Part shown: positions 8,317 through 18,082 of the stretch, piece after piece | Numbering within the stretch: the first letter of the stretch is position 1 | How the letters are laid out: every line of letters starts with the position of its first letter | Assembly (NCBI GenBank): GCA_018693855.1 | Contig: JABHMO010000029.1 | Span: forward strand, 1-48,480 | Reading direction: 5' to 3' | Length of the DNA: 48,480 nucleotides | Source: Candidatus Falkowbacteria bacterium | GTDB lineage: Bacteria > Patescibacteriota > Patescibacteriia > UBA11705 > JABHMO01 | Position numbers and translations under genes: made by a program | Notes under the pieces: model-generated | The model's input: only the letters and a program-made list of their open reading frames with translations | Told to the model about the DNA's origin: nothing | The model's database searches: none

Positions 8317-10137
8317 ATGATAAGAAATTTTTGTATCATCGCACACATCGATCATGGTAAGTCAACTTTGGCTGACCGGCTTTTGGAGTTGACGGGGACG
8401 ATTGATAAAAGAAATATGAAGGCGCAGATTCTCGATACGATGGAACTTGAGCAAGAGAGAGGCATTACGATTAAACTGCAACCTGCTCAAATGCTGTACA
8501 AGGATCATATCTTGAACTTAATTGATACTCCCGGTCATGTTGACTTTAGCTATGAAGTTTCAAGATCTTTGGCTGCTGTTGAAGGAGCTATTCTTTTAGT
8601 GGACGCTGCTCAAGGCGTGCAAGCTCAAACATTGGCAAATCTATATTTAGCAATTGAACAAGGTTTGGAAATTATTCCAGTTTTGAATAAAATCGATCTA
8701 CCAGCCGCTAATGTAGAAAAAGCTTCTAATGAGATTATTGCATTACTTGGCTGTGAAAAAGAAGATATTTTGAAATGTAGTGCCAAGACAGGTGAAGGGG
8801 TTGAACAGATTTTAGATAAAGTAATTGAAAAAGTACCAGAGCCAAATATTACAGAAAAAGATAAAACAAGAGCTTTAATTTTTGATTCATTCTACGATGA
8901 ATACAAAGGAGTTGTTGCGTACGTTCGTGTGGTTGATGGAAAAATTGAAAAAGGCAGCAAGGTCTATATGGCAGGAACAAAGGCTGAGGCTGAAGTTTTA
9001 GATTGTGGAGTTCTTAAACCTGATCTTGTTTCAAAAAATAAACTTGATACAGGTGAGATTGGATACGTTGTGACAGGCCTCAAAGAGATTGAATACTGTC
9101 GAGTTGGTGATACTATCACTTTGAACAGTCTAAAAGATGATATAGACTCTCTACCAGGTTACAAAGAAGTGAAGCCAATGGTTTACGCTGGGATTTTTTG
9201 TAGTGAAGGTAATGAATATGAGGAACTTCGAAGTGCAATTGGTAAATTAAAATTAAACGATGCAGCTCTTCTCTATGAACCAGAAAATTCGCCTGTTTTA
9301 GGTTTTGGTTTCCGATGTGGGTTCCTGGGGATGCTTCATCTTGAGATATTCCAAGAACGATTACGAAGAGAGTTTGATCTTGATCTGGTTGTTACAGCTC
9401 CAAGTGTTGCATACAAAGTTTTGTTAAAATCTAATAATAAGTTTCCGCCAGGGATTAAGACAGAGCAGATCCTATCAGATGATTCATATTTGATGAAAAA
9501 CCCAAATGAATTTCCGGATTTTACTGTAATTGATCATATTGAAGAACCAATTATGAACGTTGATATTGTTGCACCGAGTGACTATATGGGGAATATTATG
9601 ACACTTGTACAGGAGAGTCGTGGTGAATATTTGAATACTGAATATATTGATGAAACTCGTGTAATTCTTCATTATCGAATTCCTCTGGCAATGTTAATTG
9701 TTGATTTTTATGACAAATTAAAAACCGTCAGTTCAGGATATGGTTCAATGAACTACGAATTTTTTGAACACAAAACAGCTGATTTACAAAAAATGAATGT
9801 TCTTGTTGGTGAAGAGGTAATTGAAGCTTTTTCAACTATTGTTTATCGCGATAGTGCTTTTAATACGGGTAAGAAGATAGTTAAAAGTTTGAAAGAAACT
9901 ATTCCTCGTCAACAGTTTGTCATTAAACTTCAAGCAGCTATTGGTGGGAAAATTATCGCAGCCGAGAGAATCTCTGCTTTGCGAAAAGATGTTACCGCGA
10001 AGCTGTACGGTGGTGACTATTCACGAAGACAGAAACTTCTTACTAAACAGAAAAAGGGTAAGAAGAAAATGATGCAGTTCGGTAAAGGGAAAGTTAATAT
10101 TCCGCCTGAAGCCTTTCTCGCTGTCATGAAACGGTAG
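8317..10137 (+). CDS. lepA: elongation factor 4
   Basis: IAHIDHGKSTLADRL, ERGITIK, IDTPGHVDF, GFGFRCGFLG and RKDVTAKLYGGD. Confidence 0.98.
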   Translation: MIRNFCIIAHIDHGKSTLADRLLELTGTIDKRNMKAQILDTMELEQERGITIKLQPAQMLYKDHILNLIDTPGHVDFSYEVSRSLAAVEGAILLVDAAQGVQAQTLANLYLAIEQGLEIIPVLNKIDLPAANVEKASNEIIALLGCEKEDILKCSAKTGEGVEQILDKVIEKVPEPNITEKDKTRALIFDSFYDEYKGVVAYVRVVDGKIEKGSKVYMAGTKAEAEVLDCGVLKPDLVSKNKLDTGEIGYVVTGLKEIEYCRVGDTITLNSLKDDIDSLPGYKEVKPMVYAGIFCSEGNEYEELRSAIGKLKLNDAALLYEPENSPVLGFGFRCGFLGMLHLEIFQERLRREFDLDLVVTAPSVAYKVLLKSNNKFPPGIKTEQILSDDSYLMKNPNEFPDFTVIDHIEEPIMNVDIVAPSDYMGNIMTLVQESRGEYLNTEYIDETRVILHYRIPLAMLIVDFYDKLKTVSSGYGSMNYEFFEHKTADLQKMNVLVGEEVIEAFSTIVYRDSAFNTGKKIVKSLKETIPRQQFVIKLQAAIGGKIIAAERISALRKDVTAKLYGGDYSRRQKLLTKQKKGKKKMMQFGKGKVNIPPEAFLAVMKR

Positions 10138-10244
10138 TAGATTGCTGATATGCATGTAAGGCTATGCGGTTAGATTATTCATATTAACTTAATTTCAACT
10201 CAATTTCAACTCAATTTTAACTTTATAAACCTGGAGGGGTACTC

Positions 10245-10337
10245 ATGATTGTTAAAATAATTGTACTTCTGATTCTATTTGTTATATTGAGGGGTGGACG
10301 ACAGACCGTGTGGTATATCAGAAATAGGAAACAATAA
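10245..10337 (+). CDS. 30-aa single-TM microprotein
   Basis: GGAGG SD; MIVKIIVLLILFVILRGGRQTVWYIRNRKQ; followed by the hairpin AAAAAGGAC...GTCCTTTTT. Confidence 0.55.
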   Translation: MIVKIIVLLILFVILRGGRQTVWYIRNRKQ

Positions 10338-10434
10338 AAAAGGACTCATCATGTGATGTCCTTTTTAGATTTGACAAAAGTTTATAATTAGTGTAGTATG
10401 TGATAGCAACTCAATACATCAGGAGGGAAGAACC

Positions 10435-10530
10435 GTGTCCAAAAATACAACGTCTTATTACTGCCAACGAATAATTCTTTTATCAACAGTTTTAGCTGTT
10501 ATCTGTTTTGTCGGAGGTTGCCTCATGTGA
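10435..10530 (+). CDS. 31-aa single-TM microprotein (GTG start)
   Basis: Promoter TTGACA(10371)-N17-TAGTAT, AGGAGG SD, MSKNTTSYYCQRIILLSTVLAVICFVGGCLM, then a hairpin and T-tract. Confidence 0.55.
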   Translation: MSKNTTSYYCQRIILLSTVLAVICFVGGCLM

Positions 10531-10804
10531 ACTCGTCTACTCTTAGCCGGGTTTTTTGAATTCTAAAATAGGAATAGTGCACTCATACTCCAGAGAATCA
10601 TTGATAGAATGATAATGATTGAAAAAATTATCCAGACTATTTTTTGTGTTTTACGTAAAGACATAGTAAAATAGGGAGATAGTATGTAGAAAGTAGAAGT
10701 TGGTTAGGTACTTGGAAATAAGATGTTAGATTAATGTAGTAAACTAATCCAATTTCTATCTTCCATTTTCCTAACAATCATCAATCTTCCATATACCTTG
10801 ATCT

Positions 10805-12532
10805 ATGAATAAAAAATGGCAGCTTGCCGAACTATTTACAGATGATTATCAAAAAAGGTTTGAAAATTATCATCCGTTGATAACACAGCTATTATACAAC
10901 AGAACGTTCCAAGATCCAAGTGATGTTGATCTTTTTTTTAATCCAGACTTTGATAAATTGCATGATCCCTTCTTGTTTACTGATATGAAGAAAGCTGTTG
11001 CTAGGATTTGGGAAGCAATTGGAAATAATGAGAAAATATTGATCCATGGTGATTATGATGCTGACGGTGTGACGAGTAGTTCTATTTTGTATAAGGTTTT
11101 GACTGCTTTGAATGCTGAGGTGGATGTTTTTATTCCACATCGAGAAAAAGACGGGTATGGATTGAATAAAAAAAATGTTCAGAAATTTGTTGATGAAAGA
11201 GTTAAATTGCTTATCACTGTTGATTGTGGAATAACTAATTTTGAAGAGATCGAGGAGTTAAATAAGAAAAAGATTGATGTTATTGTAACAGATCATCATG
11301 AACCACCTGAAAAATTGCCAAATGCTTTGGCAATCATTGATCCAAAAGTAAAAACAGAAAAATATCCATTTAAGGAACTTTCTGGCGCAGGCGTTGCGTA
11401 CAAATTGGCTCAATCCATCTTTGCTGATAAAAGAATTAAAGAACACGAAGAAGAGTTGTACTATCATGGAGGTTCTCAAGGCTTTTTGAAATGGATTCTA
11501 GATATTGTGGCTATTGGAACAGTGGCAGATGTTGTCCCTTTGCTTGATGAAAATAGAATCTTAGTAAAGTGGGGACTGCTTGTTCTTGAGAAAACTCGTA
11601 ATATTGGATTGAAAAAATTGCTAGAAGTTGTTGGAAACAAACAAATAACTTCATATACAATTGGGTATCAGATTGCTCCAAGGCTAAACGCTGTCGGTCG
11701 GATTGATCATGCTAGGAAGGCGTTTGAACTTTTAGTGTCTGATAATGAATCAGAAGCAGAAACACTAGCTCAAGAACTTCATAAGTGTAATCAGTCAAGA
11801 CAAAAGATTACCGAGGTGATGATGGATGAAGCAAGATCGCAGATGAATGAACAGAGTCCAAACATGATCTTTGCGTATCATGCTGACTGGTCAGCTGGGG
11901 TGGTTGGTATTGTGGCAGGGAAGTTGGCTGATGAATTCTATCGACCAGTTATTGTCATGACAAAAAATCAAGGAATGATTACAGGTTCAGGTCGAAGTAT
12001 TGAGGAGTTTAACATCATTGAAGGATTAAGGAATTTTGACGAACTTTTTGCTCGATATGGCGGACACAGTCAAGCATGTGGGTTTACACTTGAGAATGAA
12101 AACTTGTTAGATGATTTCAAAAGTAAGTTGTCGGGCTTAGTTGATGAGCATCTTGGCGACAAAGATCTCAGTCCAGTGCTCAAAGTGGAGGCTGAGATTA
12201 ATTATAATGATTTAACTTTTGAAGTTGTTGAACTGATAAATAAGTTTGAACCTTTCGGTGAACGAAATAATAAACCCTTGTTTTTGTTGAAAGATCTTTT
12301 TATCACGGCTCTGGATCATATAGGAGAAAACAGTAACCATCTGCGATTGATGGTCAAACAGAAAGATTGTCCTGTGATTATTAAACTACTTTCCTTTTTT
12401 GGCGTAGAAAAATGGCCTAATCTAAATATCGGTTACACAATAGATGCCGTTTGCGAAGTTGGGATAAATGAATGGAACGGTCGACGAGATATCGAGTTTA
12501 AGATTGTTGATTTACATAAAGTCAAGGAATAA
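10805..12532 (+). CDS. recJ: ssDNA exonuclease RecJ
   Basis: GDYDADG, ITVDCG, TDHH, APRLNAVGR, GSGRS and GGHSQACG. Confidence 0.96.
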   Translation: MNKKWQLAELFTDDYQKRFENYHPLITQLLYNRTFQDPSDVDLFFNPDFDKLHDPFLFTDMKKAVARIWEAIGNNEKILIHGDYDADGVTSSSILYKVLTALNAEVDVFIPHREKDGYGLNKKNVQKFVDERVKLLITVDCGITNFEEIEELNKKKIDVIVTDHHEPPEKLPNALAIIDPKVKTEKYPFKELSGAGVAYKLAQSIFADKRIKEHEEELYYHGGSQGFLKWILDIVAIGTVADVVPLLDENRILVKWGLLVLEKTRNIGLKKLLEVVGNKQITSYTIGYQIAPRLNAVGRIDHARKAFELLVSDNESEAETLAQELHKCNQSRQKITEVMMDEARSQMNEQSPNMIFAYHADWSAGVVGIVAGKLADEFYRPVIVMTKNQGMITGSGRSIEEFNIIEGLRNFDELFARYGGHSQACGFTLENENLLDDFKSKLSGLVDEHLGDKDLSPVLKVEAEINYNDLTFEVVELINKFEPFGERNNKPLFLLKDLFITALDHIGENSNHLRLMVKQKDCPVIIKLLSFFGVEKWPNLNIGYTIDAVCEVGINEWNGRRDIEFKIVDLHKVKE

Positions 12533-12639
12533 TTGCTAATTGATTTTTTGCTATTTGTGGACTAAGGTCTTGAAAGTTTTTATAATATGTTGTAGTATAT
12601 AATCATATTTTATTAAATTAAATCTAATTGATTATTGCT

Positions 12640-14088
12640 ATGAAAACAATTTTTGGTCGCGTGTTCAGATTTTTCGATTTGAATAATCTTACACTAAAGA
12701 GACTAGCTTTCTTTTTTTTATTTGTAGGACTTTTGTGTGTTATTCCTATGGTTGTAGCGTCTGCAGACGGTGGTCATGAAGCCGGTGGGCATGGAGGTGA
12801 GGCTGCTCAAACATTCTTCTGGATCGCGATTGTGTTACTTGCTGCAAAGCTGTCAAGTCTAGTCGAACGAGTTGGCCAACCATCTGTTCTGGGGGAGTTA
12901 GTTATGGGTGTTGTACTTGGTAATCTTGTTTTACTTGGAATCAATTTTTTCGAACCACTAAAGGATAATCAAATTATCGCTTTTCTTTCGGAGTTAGGTG
13001 TTGTTATTTTGCTTTTCCAAATTGGACTTGAATCAAATATTCACGAGATGAAAAAAGTCGGAATGAAGGCTTTTATGGTTGCTATTGTTGGAGTTGTTGT
13101 GCCTTTTGTTCTGGGTGCTTATATTGTAGGGCCATTGTTAATGCCAGGGCTTAGTTCTCACGCGTATCTTTTCCTAGGTGCTGCTTTGACTGCGACGTCG
13201 GTTGGTATTACGGCTCGAGTATTTCAAGAACTTGGAAAATTAAAATTAAAAGAAGCACAAATTATTTTAGGAGCTGCTGTTATTGATGATATTCTAGGAT
13301 TGATAATTCTTGCAGTTATTAGTGCTATGGTCACCCTGGGAGCTGTTAGTCTAGGTATGATTTCTTTGATCCTTGCAAAGGCAATTCTGTTTTTAGTAGG
13401 TTCAATTGTCTTGGGTCAGTTACTAACAAAGCATATTAGTAAGTTCTTTTCAAAGATTCATACTGGTGTTGCAATGAAATTTACAATTATTATTAGTTTT
13501 GGTTTAATATTTGCATTTTTAGCTCAGAAAATTGGACTTGCTCCAATTGTTGGTGCTTTTGCTGCTGGTTTGATTTTGGATCCAGTTCACTTCAAATATT
13601 TCAAAGATGCTCATATTGTTCAAGATATTAAACACGAAATCAAAGATGTACGGTCTGACGTTCGTGAAAAAATTTATAAGGTAATAAGACCTCACGCTGA
13701 TCGTCATATTGAGGATTTAATTGAGCCGCTTGGACATTTTGTTATCCCGATATTCTTTATTGTTACCGGTATGGCTGTAAAATTAGAAACGCTCGGAGAT
13801 TTGAGAATCGTGTTAGTTGCCTTGGCAATTACTATTGTTGCATTTATTGGTAAATACGTTACAGGGTTTTTTGCAGGGAAAGGTGTTAATAGATCATTGA
13901 TTGGATTTGGAATGGTTCCTCGAGGTGAAGTCGGTTTGATCTTTGCTACGATTGGAAAAGGACTTGGTGTTGTGTCCGACGAAGTGTTTTCTGTTATTGT
14001 TATAATGGTGATTTTAACTACATTACTAACACCTCCAATATTAACTCTATTATTGAAACGACAGGACAGAATTGAGAAAAACGCATAA
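12640..14088 (+). CDS. cation:proton antiporter (CPA2/NapA-like)
   Basis: ATSVGITARV, AAVIDDILG and GMVPRGEVGLIFA; polytopic membrane protein. Confidence 0.92.
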   Translation: MKTIFGRVFRFFDLNNLTLKRLAFFFLFVGLLCVIPMVVASADGGHEAGGHGGEAAQTFFWIAIVLLAAKLSSLVERVGQPSVLGELVMGVVLGNLVLLGINFFEPLKDNQIIAFLSELGVVILLFQIGLESNIHEMKKVGMKAFMVAIVGVVVPFVLGAYIVGPLLMPGLSSHAYLFLGAALTATSVGITARVFQELGKLKLKEAQIILGAAVIDDILGLIILAVISAMVTLGAVSLGMISLILAKAILFLVGSIVLGQLLTKHISKFFSKIHTGVAMKFTIIISFGLIFAFLAQKIGLAPIVGAFAAGLILDPVHFKYFKDAHIVQDIKHEIKDVRSDVREKIYKVIRPHADRHIEDLIEPLGHFVIPIFFIVTGMAVKLETLGDLRIVLVALAITIVAFIGKYVTGFFAGKGVNRSLIGFGMVPRGEVGLIFATIGKGLGVVSDEVFSVIVIMVILTTLLTPPILTLLLKRQDRIEKNA

Positions 14089-14108
14089 TTATGCGATAAT
14101 ACGTTCAT

Positions 14109-14639
14109 ATGTCAGAACTTATATTTGCAATTATTATCATAGTCGTTCTTACTTTTGCCGTTGCAGGGTATATGGCTGCGCCATGGTTGCCGACGCGTCG
14201 TCGTGAACGAAAGATTTTGCTTGAAAAAGTTAATGTACAAGATGAAAGTATCGTTTATGATTTAGGCTGTGGTGACGGATCGGTTTTGTTTGATTTTGCA
14301 AAGACGTATAAAAAAACAACATTTATTGGTTTTGAAATTTCGTTATTGCCCTATTGTATTGCGAAGTTAAGAAAGTTGTTTAATTATAAAAAATACAAAA
14401 ACGTAAAGATCAAGTATCGCAACTTATTCACACAACCGTTAAATGACGCAGATATCGTTTTCGTCTTTTTATTATCAAAGTCCTATAAAAAATTGTATAA
14501 GAAGTTTAGCTCCGAGCTAAAACCGGATTGTTTAGTTATTGTCGAGGCCTGGCCAATTGACGGCATTTTACCGATAACTTCCTTTCGCCAGAAAGATAGT
14601 TTACCTATTTATGTCTACAAAGGATCTCGATTTACATAA
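14109..14639 (+). CDS. class I SAM-dependent methyltransferase with N-terminal TM anchor
   Basis: APWLPT and YDLGCGDG motif I. Confidence 0.85.
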   Translation: MSELIFAIIIIVVLTFAVAGYMAAPWLPTRRRERKILLEKVNVQDESIVYDLGCGDGSVLFDFAKTYKKTTFIGFEISLLPYCIAKLRKLFNYKKYKNVKIKYRNLFTQPLNDADIVFVFLLSKSYKKLYKKFSSELKPDCLVIVEAWPIDGILPITSFRQKDSLPIYVYKGSRFT

Positions 14640-14646
14640 AAATTAA

Positions 14647-14821
14647 CTTCGACTCGCTTCGATTTACTTCGACTTGCTTCGATTCACTTCGACTTGCTTC
14701 GATTCACTTCGACTTGCTTCGATTCACTTCGACTTGCTTCGATTCATTTCGACTCGCTTCGATTCATTTCGACTCGCTTCGATTCACTTCGACTTGCTCC
14801 GATTTACATCGATTCACTTCA
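14647..14821. repeat. tandem array of 10-bp units (CTTCGAYTYR; 20-bp higher-order period)
   Basis: About 17 units such as CTTCGACTTG/CTTCGATTCA with no unique spacers, ending 3 bp before the RNase HI ATG. Confidence 0.9.
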
Positions 14822-14824
14822 CCT

Positions 14825-15226
14825 ATGAAATTAATAATCCAAACAGACGGCGGTTCACGTGGTAATCCCGGTCCCTCAGCCGCAGGCGTAGTTATCTACG
14901 ATGAGAACAAGAAAGAACTTGAGCGGTTCGGTACATTTTTAGATACTCAAACAAATAATTACGCTGAGTATATGGGTGTTGTGATTGCTCTGGAAAGGGC
15001 TGTCGAGATGGGAGCTGATGAGATTGATTTTAAGTTAGACAGTGAATTACTTGTAAAACAGCTGAACCGAGAATACAAAGTAAAAAATCCAGCTTTAGCT
15101 CAACTCTTCCTAAAAATATACAACCTTCAATCAAAAGTAAAAAAAGTCACTTACGCTCACGTCTATCGGGAAGATAATAAAGAGGCGGATAGGGTAGTGA
15201 ATGAGATTCTCGATGAAAGGTCTTAA
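14825..15226 (+). CDS. rnhA: ribonuclease HI (archaeal/Bacillus RnhA-like)
   Basis: TDGGSRGNPG, TNNYAEY, DSELLVKQ and HVYREDNKEAD. The true start is MKLII; the longer ORF merely reads through the repeat. Confidence 0.92.
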   Translation: MKLIIQTDGGSRGNPGPSAAGVVIYDENKKELERFGTFLDTQTNNYAEYMGVVIALERAVEMGADEIDFKLDSELLVKQLNREYKVKNPALAQLFLKIYNLQSKVKKVTYAHVYREDNKEADRVVNEILDERS

Positions 15227-15270
15227 TTTCTAGCGAACTTCGGTTTGCGTATAGATATTTTTTTAAAATG

Positions 15271-15305
15271 AAGAACCCCGAGCCAAGTTTGGCTGGGGTT
15301 CTTTT
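15271..15305. terminator. bidirectional terminator hairpin
   Basis: AAGAACCCC-GAGCCAAGTTTGGCT-GGGGTTCTTTT between converging genes. Confidence 0.75.
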
Positions 15306-15330
15306 GTTACAGGTTAGCGAAAGTGTGCTC

Positions 15331-16137
15331 TTACCGGCAGTTCGGATCCTGGCCGGAGTCAGGATCGTCGCACCAGATGGAACGCGGATTTTCGTCATCG
15401 AAGGGGTCATGAACGAACGAATCCGTGATTTCCGGGGCCAGGTTGAGCTTCTGGATGTCGTCGCAGGTTGCCGTGTCCCAATTGATGTCGGCGACTTTGA
15501 TGAGCGATCTCACGTTGGGTAATGCGATGGCGATGGGGGAGCATTCTTGTCCCATTACCGAGATCGTCACGGTTGCTGCTACTGGATAGTCGGTCCTCCA
15601 GTAGTTTTGGACTACGACACGCATGGTCTGCTGAGGTTCATCGATCACGATGGTCTCAGTTGCCATTCCGTTCACGGCGTCCATGTCCAGTCGCCCCCAG
15701 AAGGTCCTGTTGTGGTAAATCAAGATGGAATCGTCGACTTCCCGTTGCGAGTGGTCGTAACAGAACGTGCCTCCATTCCATGACAATGCATAGGAGAAAA
15801 CACAGTACTCATTGGACTCGCAATCTCGGTCTACTTCGCAGAGCCTGAGATCATCCCTTTCGTAGCCTGGGGTGCGACCGGGTTGCGAAATGTAGTACGT
15901 CCCACCGTTCCGATACCTCGCGGCGGTCAGATCGAGGTCTCCGTGATCAGCGTTCCACTCGAGCTTGATCACGATCGGAGGCCCCTCGTACTGCGGCTCA
16001 TTGTCCTCGAGCACGCAGTGAGTGCCTTCACACTCGAGTTCGCTGTTGAGGTTTTGGTCCTTCAGGTCGGTTTCGATGCAACCAACCAACAGAGTGGCCG
16101 CGGCGAGAAGGGACAGTAACAAGAAACGTTTGGTCAT
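15331..16137 (-). CDS. GC-rich Cys-containing lipoprotein, YfaP/DUF2135-like domain
   Basis: Lipobox LLVG-C after MTKRFLLL; LEWNADHGDLDL...RLDMDAVNGMATETI motif; AAGGAG SD; promoter TTGACT-N17-TATAAT (~16208-16236, minus). Confidence 0.75.
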   Translation of the reverse strand: MTKRFLLLSLLAAATLLVGCIETDLKDQNLNSELECEGTHCVLEDNEPQYEGPPIVIKLEWNADHGDLDLTAARYRNGGTYYISQPGRTPGYERDDLRLCEVDRDCESNEYCVFSYALSWNGGTFCYDHSQREVDDSILIYHNRTFWGRLDMDAVNGMATETIVIDEPQQTMRVVVQNYWRTDYPVAATVTISVMGQECSPIAIALPNVRSLIKVADINWDTATCDDIQKLNLAPEITDSFVHDPFDDENPRSIWCDDPDSGQDPNCR

Positions 16138-16369
16138 GGAAAGCTCCTTTCGTGAGCTATGGGAAGAATGGGTAAAATGCCCGTAAAATGAACTCTTAAT
16201 GATTGTAATTATAACACGAAAGTAATAAAAAGTCAAGCGTTGCGTGCTTTTTTCTCTAAAATTACTCCAATTTACTCCGATTTACCTCGATTTACTTCGC
16301 CTCGCTTCGCTCCCACTTATTAACACCCCAATAACCTCAAAACCACCAAAAAATGGTATAATTAACCCA

Positions 16370-17836
16370 ATGAAAAACCAGAGAATAATTACAACCTTTT
16401 CTCTAATTTTTGTGATAGGGACAATTTTTTCAGTTGTCTTGATTTTTGATTCTGTTAAGGCGGTTGAGGTTCCTATTGAAGGAAACATCTGGTCAGAGAA
16501 CATCGGTTGGGTTTCACCTAATTATAATGATTCAAGATTTGGGCCGCCGTCAGTTGACTACTCTGTTCTGTTTGACGACGAGAATCGAAATCTGGCTGGT
16601 TACATGTGGTCTGATCGAGTTGGCTGGCTCTGTTTTGGACAGTCTTGTGTTGATGCTGGATTAGGTTCTACGCCTGCAATCGGTGGTGGTTCGATCCCTG
16701 CTGTTGTTAGAGAGTCAGGTTTGATTGATAGTTGGGCAGGTTGGGTGACTCTTGGTAATGATGGTTGGACTGATCTATTGGGCGATCAAATTTTAACAGG
16801 TGATTTTTCAAATAAAGTCGCTTGTCGGAACTGTCAGGGAGATAGCTGTGGGTTTTGTTTTGAAAACGATGATAATAATGGATCAGGTTATATTTATGAA
16901 AACTGCTCAGGCTGTTCTGATTTGAGTTGTTCTTTGTGTCAAAATAAATTTCAACACGGCGTTGGGCTTGATCAAATTAAAAACAATCTTGTTGGATGGG
17001 CATGGAATGCAAACAATTTGGGTGGAAGTGGATTTGGTTGGTTGCATTTTGATGAAGATGTTGAGCCAAAACCGTATTTGCAAACCGTTGATGGAAATGT
17101 TTATTCAAGAATTGGAATTAATGGTGAGAGCGCGCCTCAAGGTCATTACAATGCAACTTTCATGTTGCAAAGTGGTGGATCTATTTCAAAATTTTATTCT
17201 GAGTACGAATATACTCAAAACCCTGATTGGAAAATTGAAAATTACGATCAATTAAATTTACCAGATGCTGAGAATAATTACACAAGCTCAATCTCAAAAA
17301 TAGATTTCCCGGGACTGTATGCCGGTCAGTATGGAGAGGTTTCCATTATTCAAAATCAAGCAGGTTTGCCAAGTTCAACTCCGCTTTCAGGTAAAGTTTA
17401 CTATCATCAAGGAGACCTCTCTTTGTACTCTTCTCAATACTTCCGTTCAGGATCTGGAGCTGTAGATGGTAGTGGTACTGTTATTGTGAATGGAGATCTA
17501 ACTGTGGAAAGTAACTCATTTTACTTAGATACTGGTTTAGCAAGTTGGAAAAATTTACCTTCAGTTGGATTCATTGTAAAAGGTGATCTGTATATTTCTT
17601 CGAATGTCACTGAACTGTCTGGGAATTTTTATGTCGAAGGAACTGTTTACACTGGAAGTTCTGCAAATCAGTTAGTTGTGAATGGGATAATGGTTGCCAA
17701 GGATTTTGAGTTCCAAAGATCGTATTTGCAAAACAAAGAACCAGCTGAAAAAATTATTTACGATAAGCGAATTTTTATGAATATTCCACCAGGATTTGAT
17801 GATATTGCGAAAGGATTACCGAAATGGCAATTTTAG
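16370..17836 (+). CDS. pilus-cluster surface protein (N-terminal TM, GxxWS..GW repeats, Cys-rich segment, beta-rich C-terminus)
   Basis: GNIWSENIGW, GYMWSDRVGW and GWAWN repeats; CRNC..CGFC..CSGC..CSLC; located immediately upstream of pilM. Confidence 0.7.
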   Translation: MKNQRIITTFSLIFVIGTIFSVVLIFDSVKAVEVPIEGNIWSENIGWVSPNYNDSRFGPPSVDYSVLFDDENRNLAGYMWSDRVGWLCFGQSCVDAGLGSTPAIGGGSIPAVVRESGLIDSWAGWVTLGNDGWTDLLGDQILTGDFSNKVACRNCQGDSCGFCFENDDNNGSGYIYENCSGCSDLSCSLCQNKFQHGVGLDQIKNNLVGWAWNANNLGGSGFGWLHFDEDVEPKPYLQTVDGNVYSRIGINGESAPQGHYNATFMLQSGGSISKFYSEYEYTQNPDWKIENYDQLNLPDAENNYTSSISKIDFPGLYAGQYGEVSIIQNQAGLPSSTPLSGKVYYHQGDLSLYSSQYFRSGSGAVDGSGTVIVNGDLTVESNSFYLDTGLASWKNLPSVGFIVKGDLYISSNVTELSGNFYVEGTVYTGSSANQLVVNGIMVAKDFEFQRSYLQNKEPAEKIIYDKRIFMNIPPGFDDIAKGLPKWQF

Positions 17837-17904
17837 TGGATAAGCATTATTCGTTTGGCTAAAAAAATGTTATAATTAAGAAAAGAAAATGAAGAGAGTT
17901 ATTA

Positions 17905-18040
17905 ACGGATTTCTCCCTTCCTATTTCTTACTACGTAGAAATCTCCAGTCGAAATGACAGGGGGATTGATTTGAGTAAAACAATAAAAAAGTTCCTCCCT
18001 GTCATTTCGACCGAAGTTATACGAAGGGGAGAAATCTGTT
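17905..18040. repeat. long imperfect inverted repeat (GTCATTTCGAC...GAGAAATC MITE/REP-like element)
   Basis: AACGGATTTCTCCCTTC...GTCGAAATGACAGGGGGA pairs with TCCTCCCTGTCATTTCGAC...GAAGGGGAGAAATCTGTT. Confidence 0.75.
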
Positions 18041-18082
18041 CTACTTGTCATGTAATGTTTCTAAAAATAAATTATTTACAAT

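Noticed and set aside
14647-14821. CRISPR array
   Set aside because: Contiguous 10-bp units without unique spacers, and no cas genes in the window.
14674-14865. Repetitive ORFs and N-terminal extensions through arrays (also 16244, 26303, 28429, 36451, 40763)
   Set aside because: They are translations of repeat or leader DNA from non-ATG starts. Family homology begins at downstream ATGs.
15268-16119. Plus-strand ORFs of 78-108 aa
   Set aside because: Shadow frames of the GC-rich minus-strand lipoprotein gene, which has the SD, promoter and lipobox.
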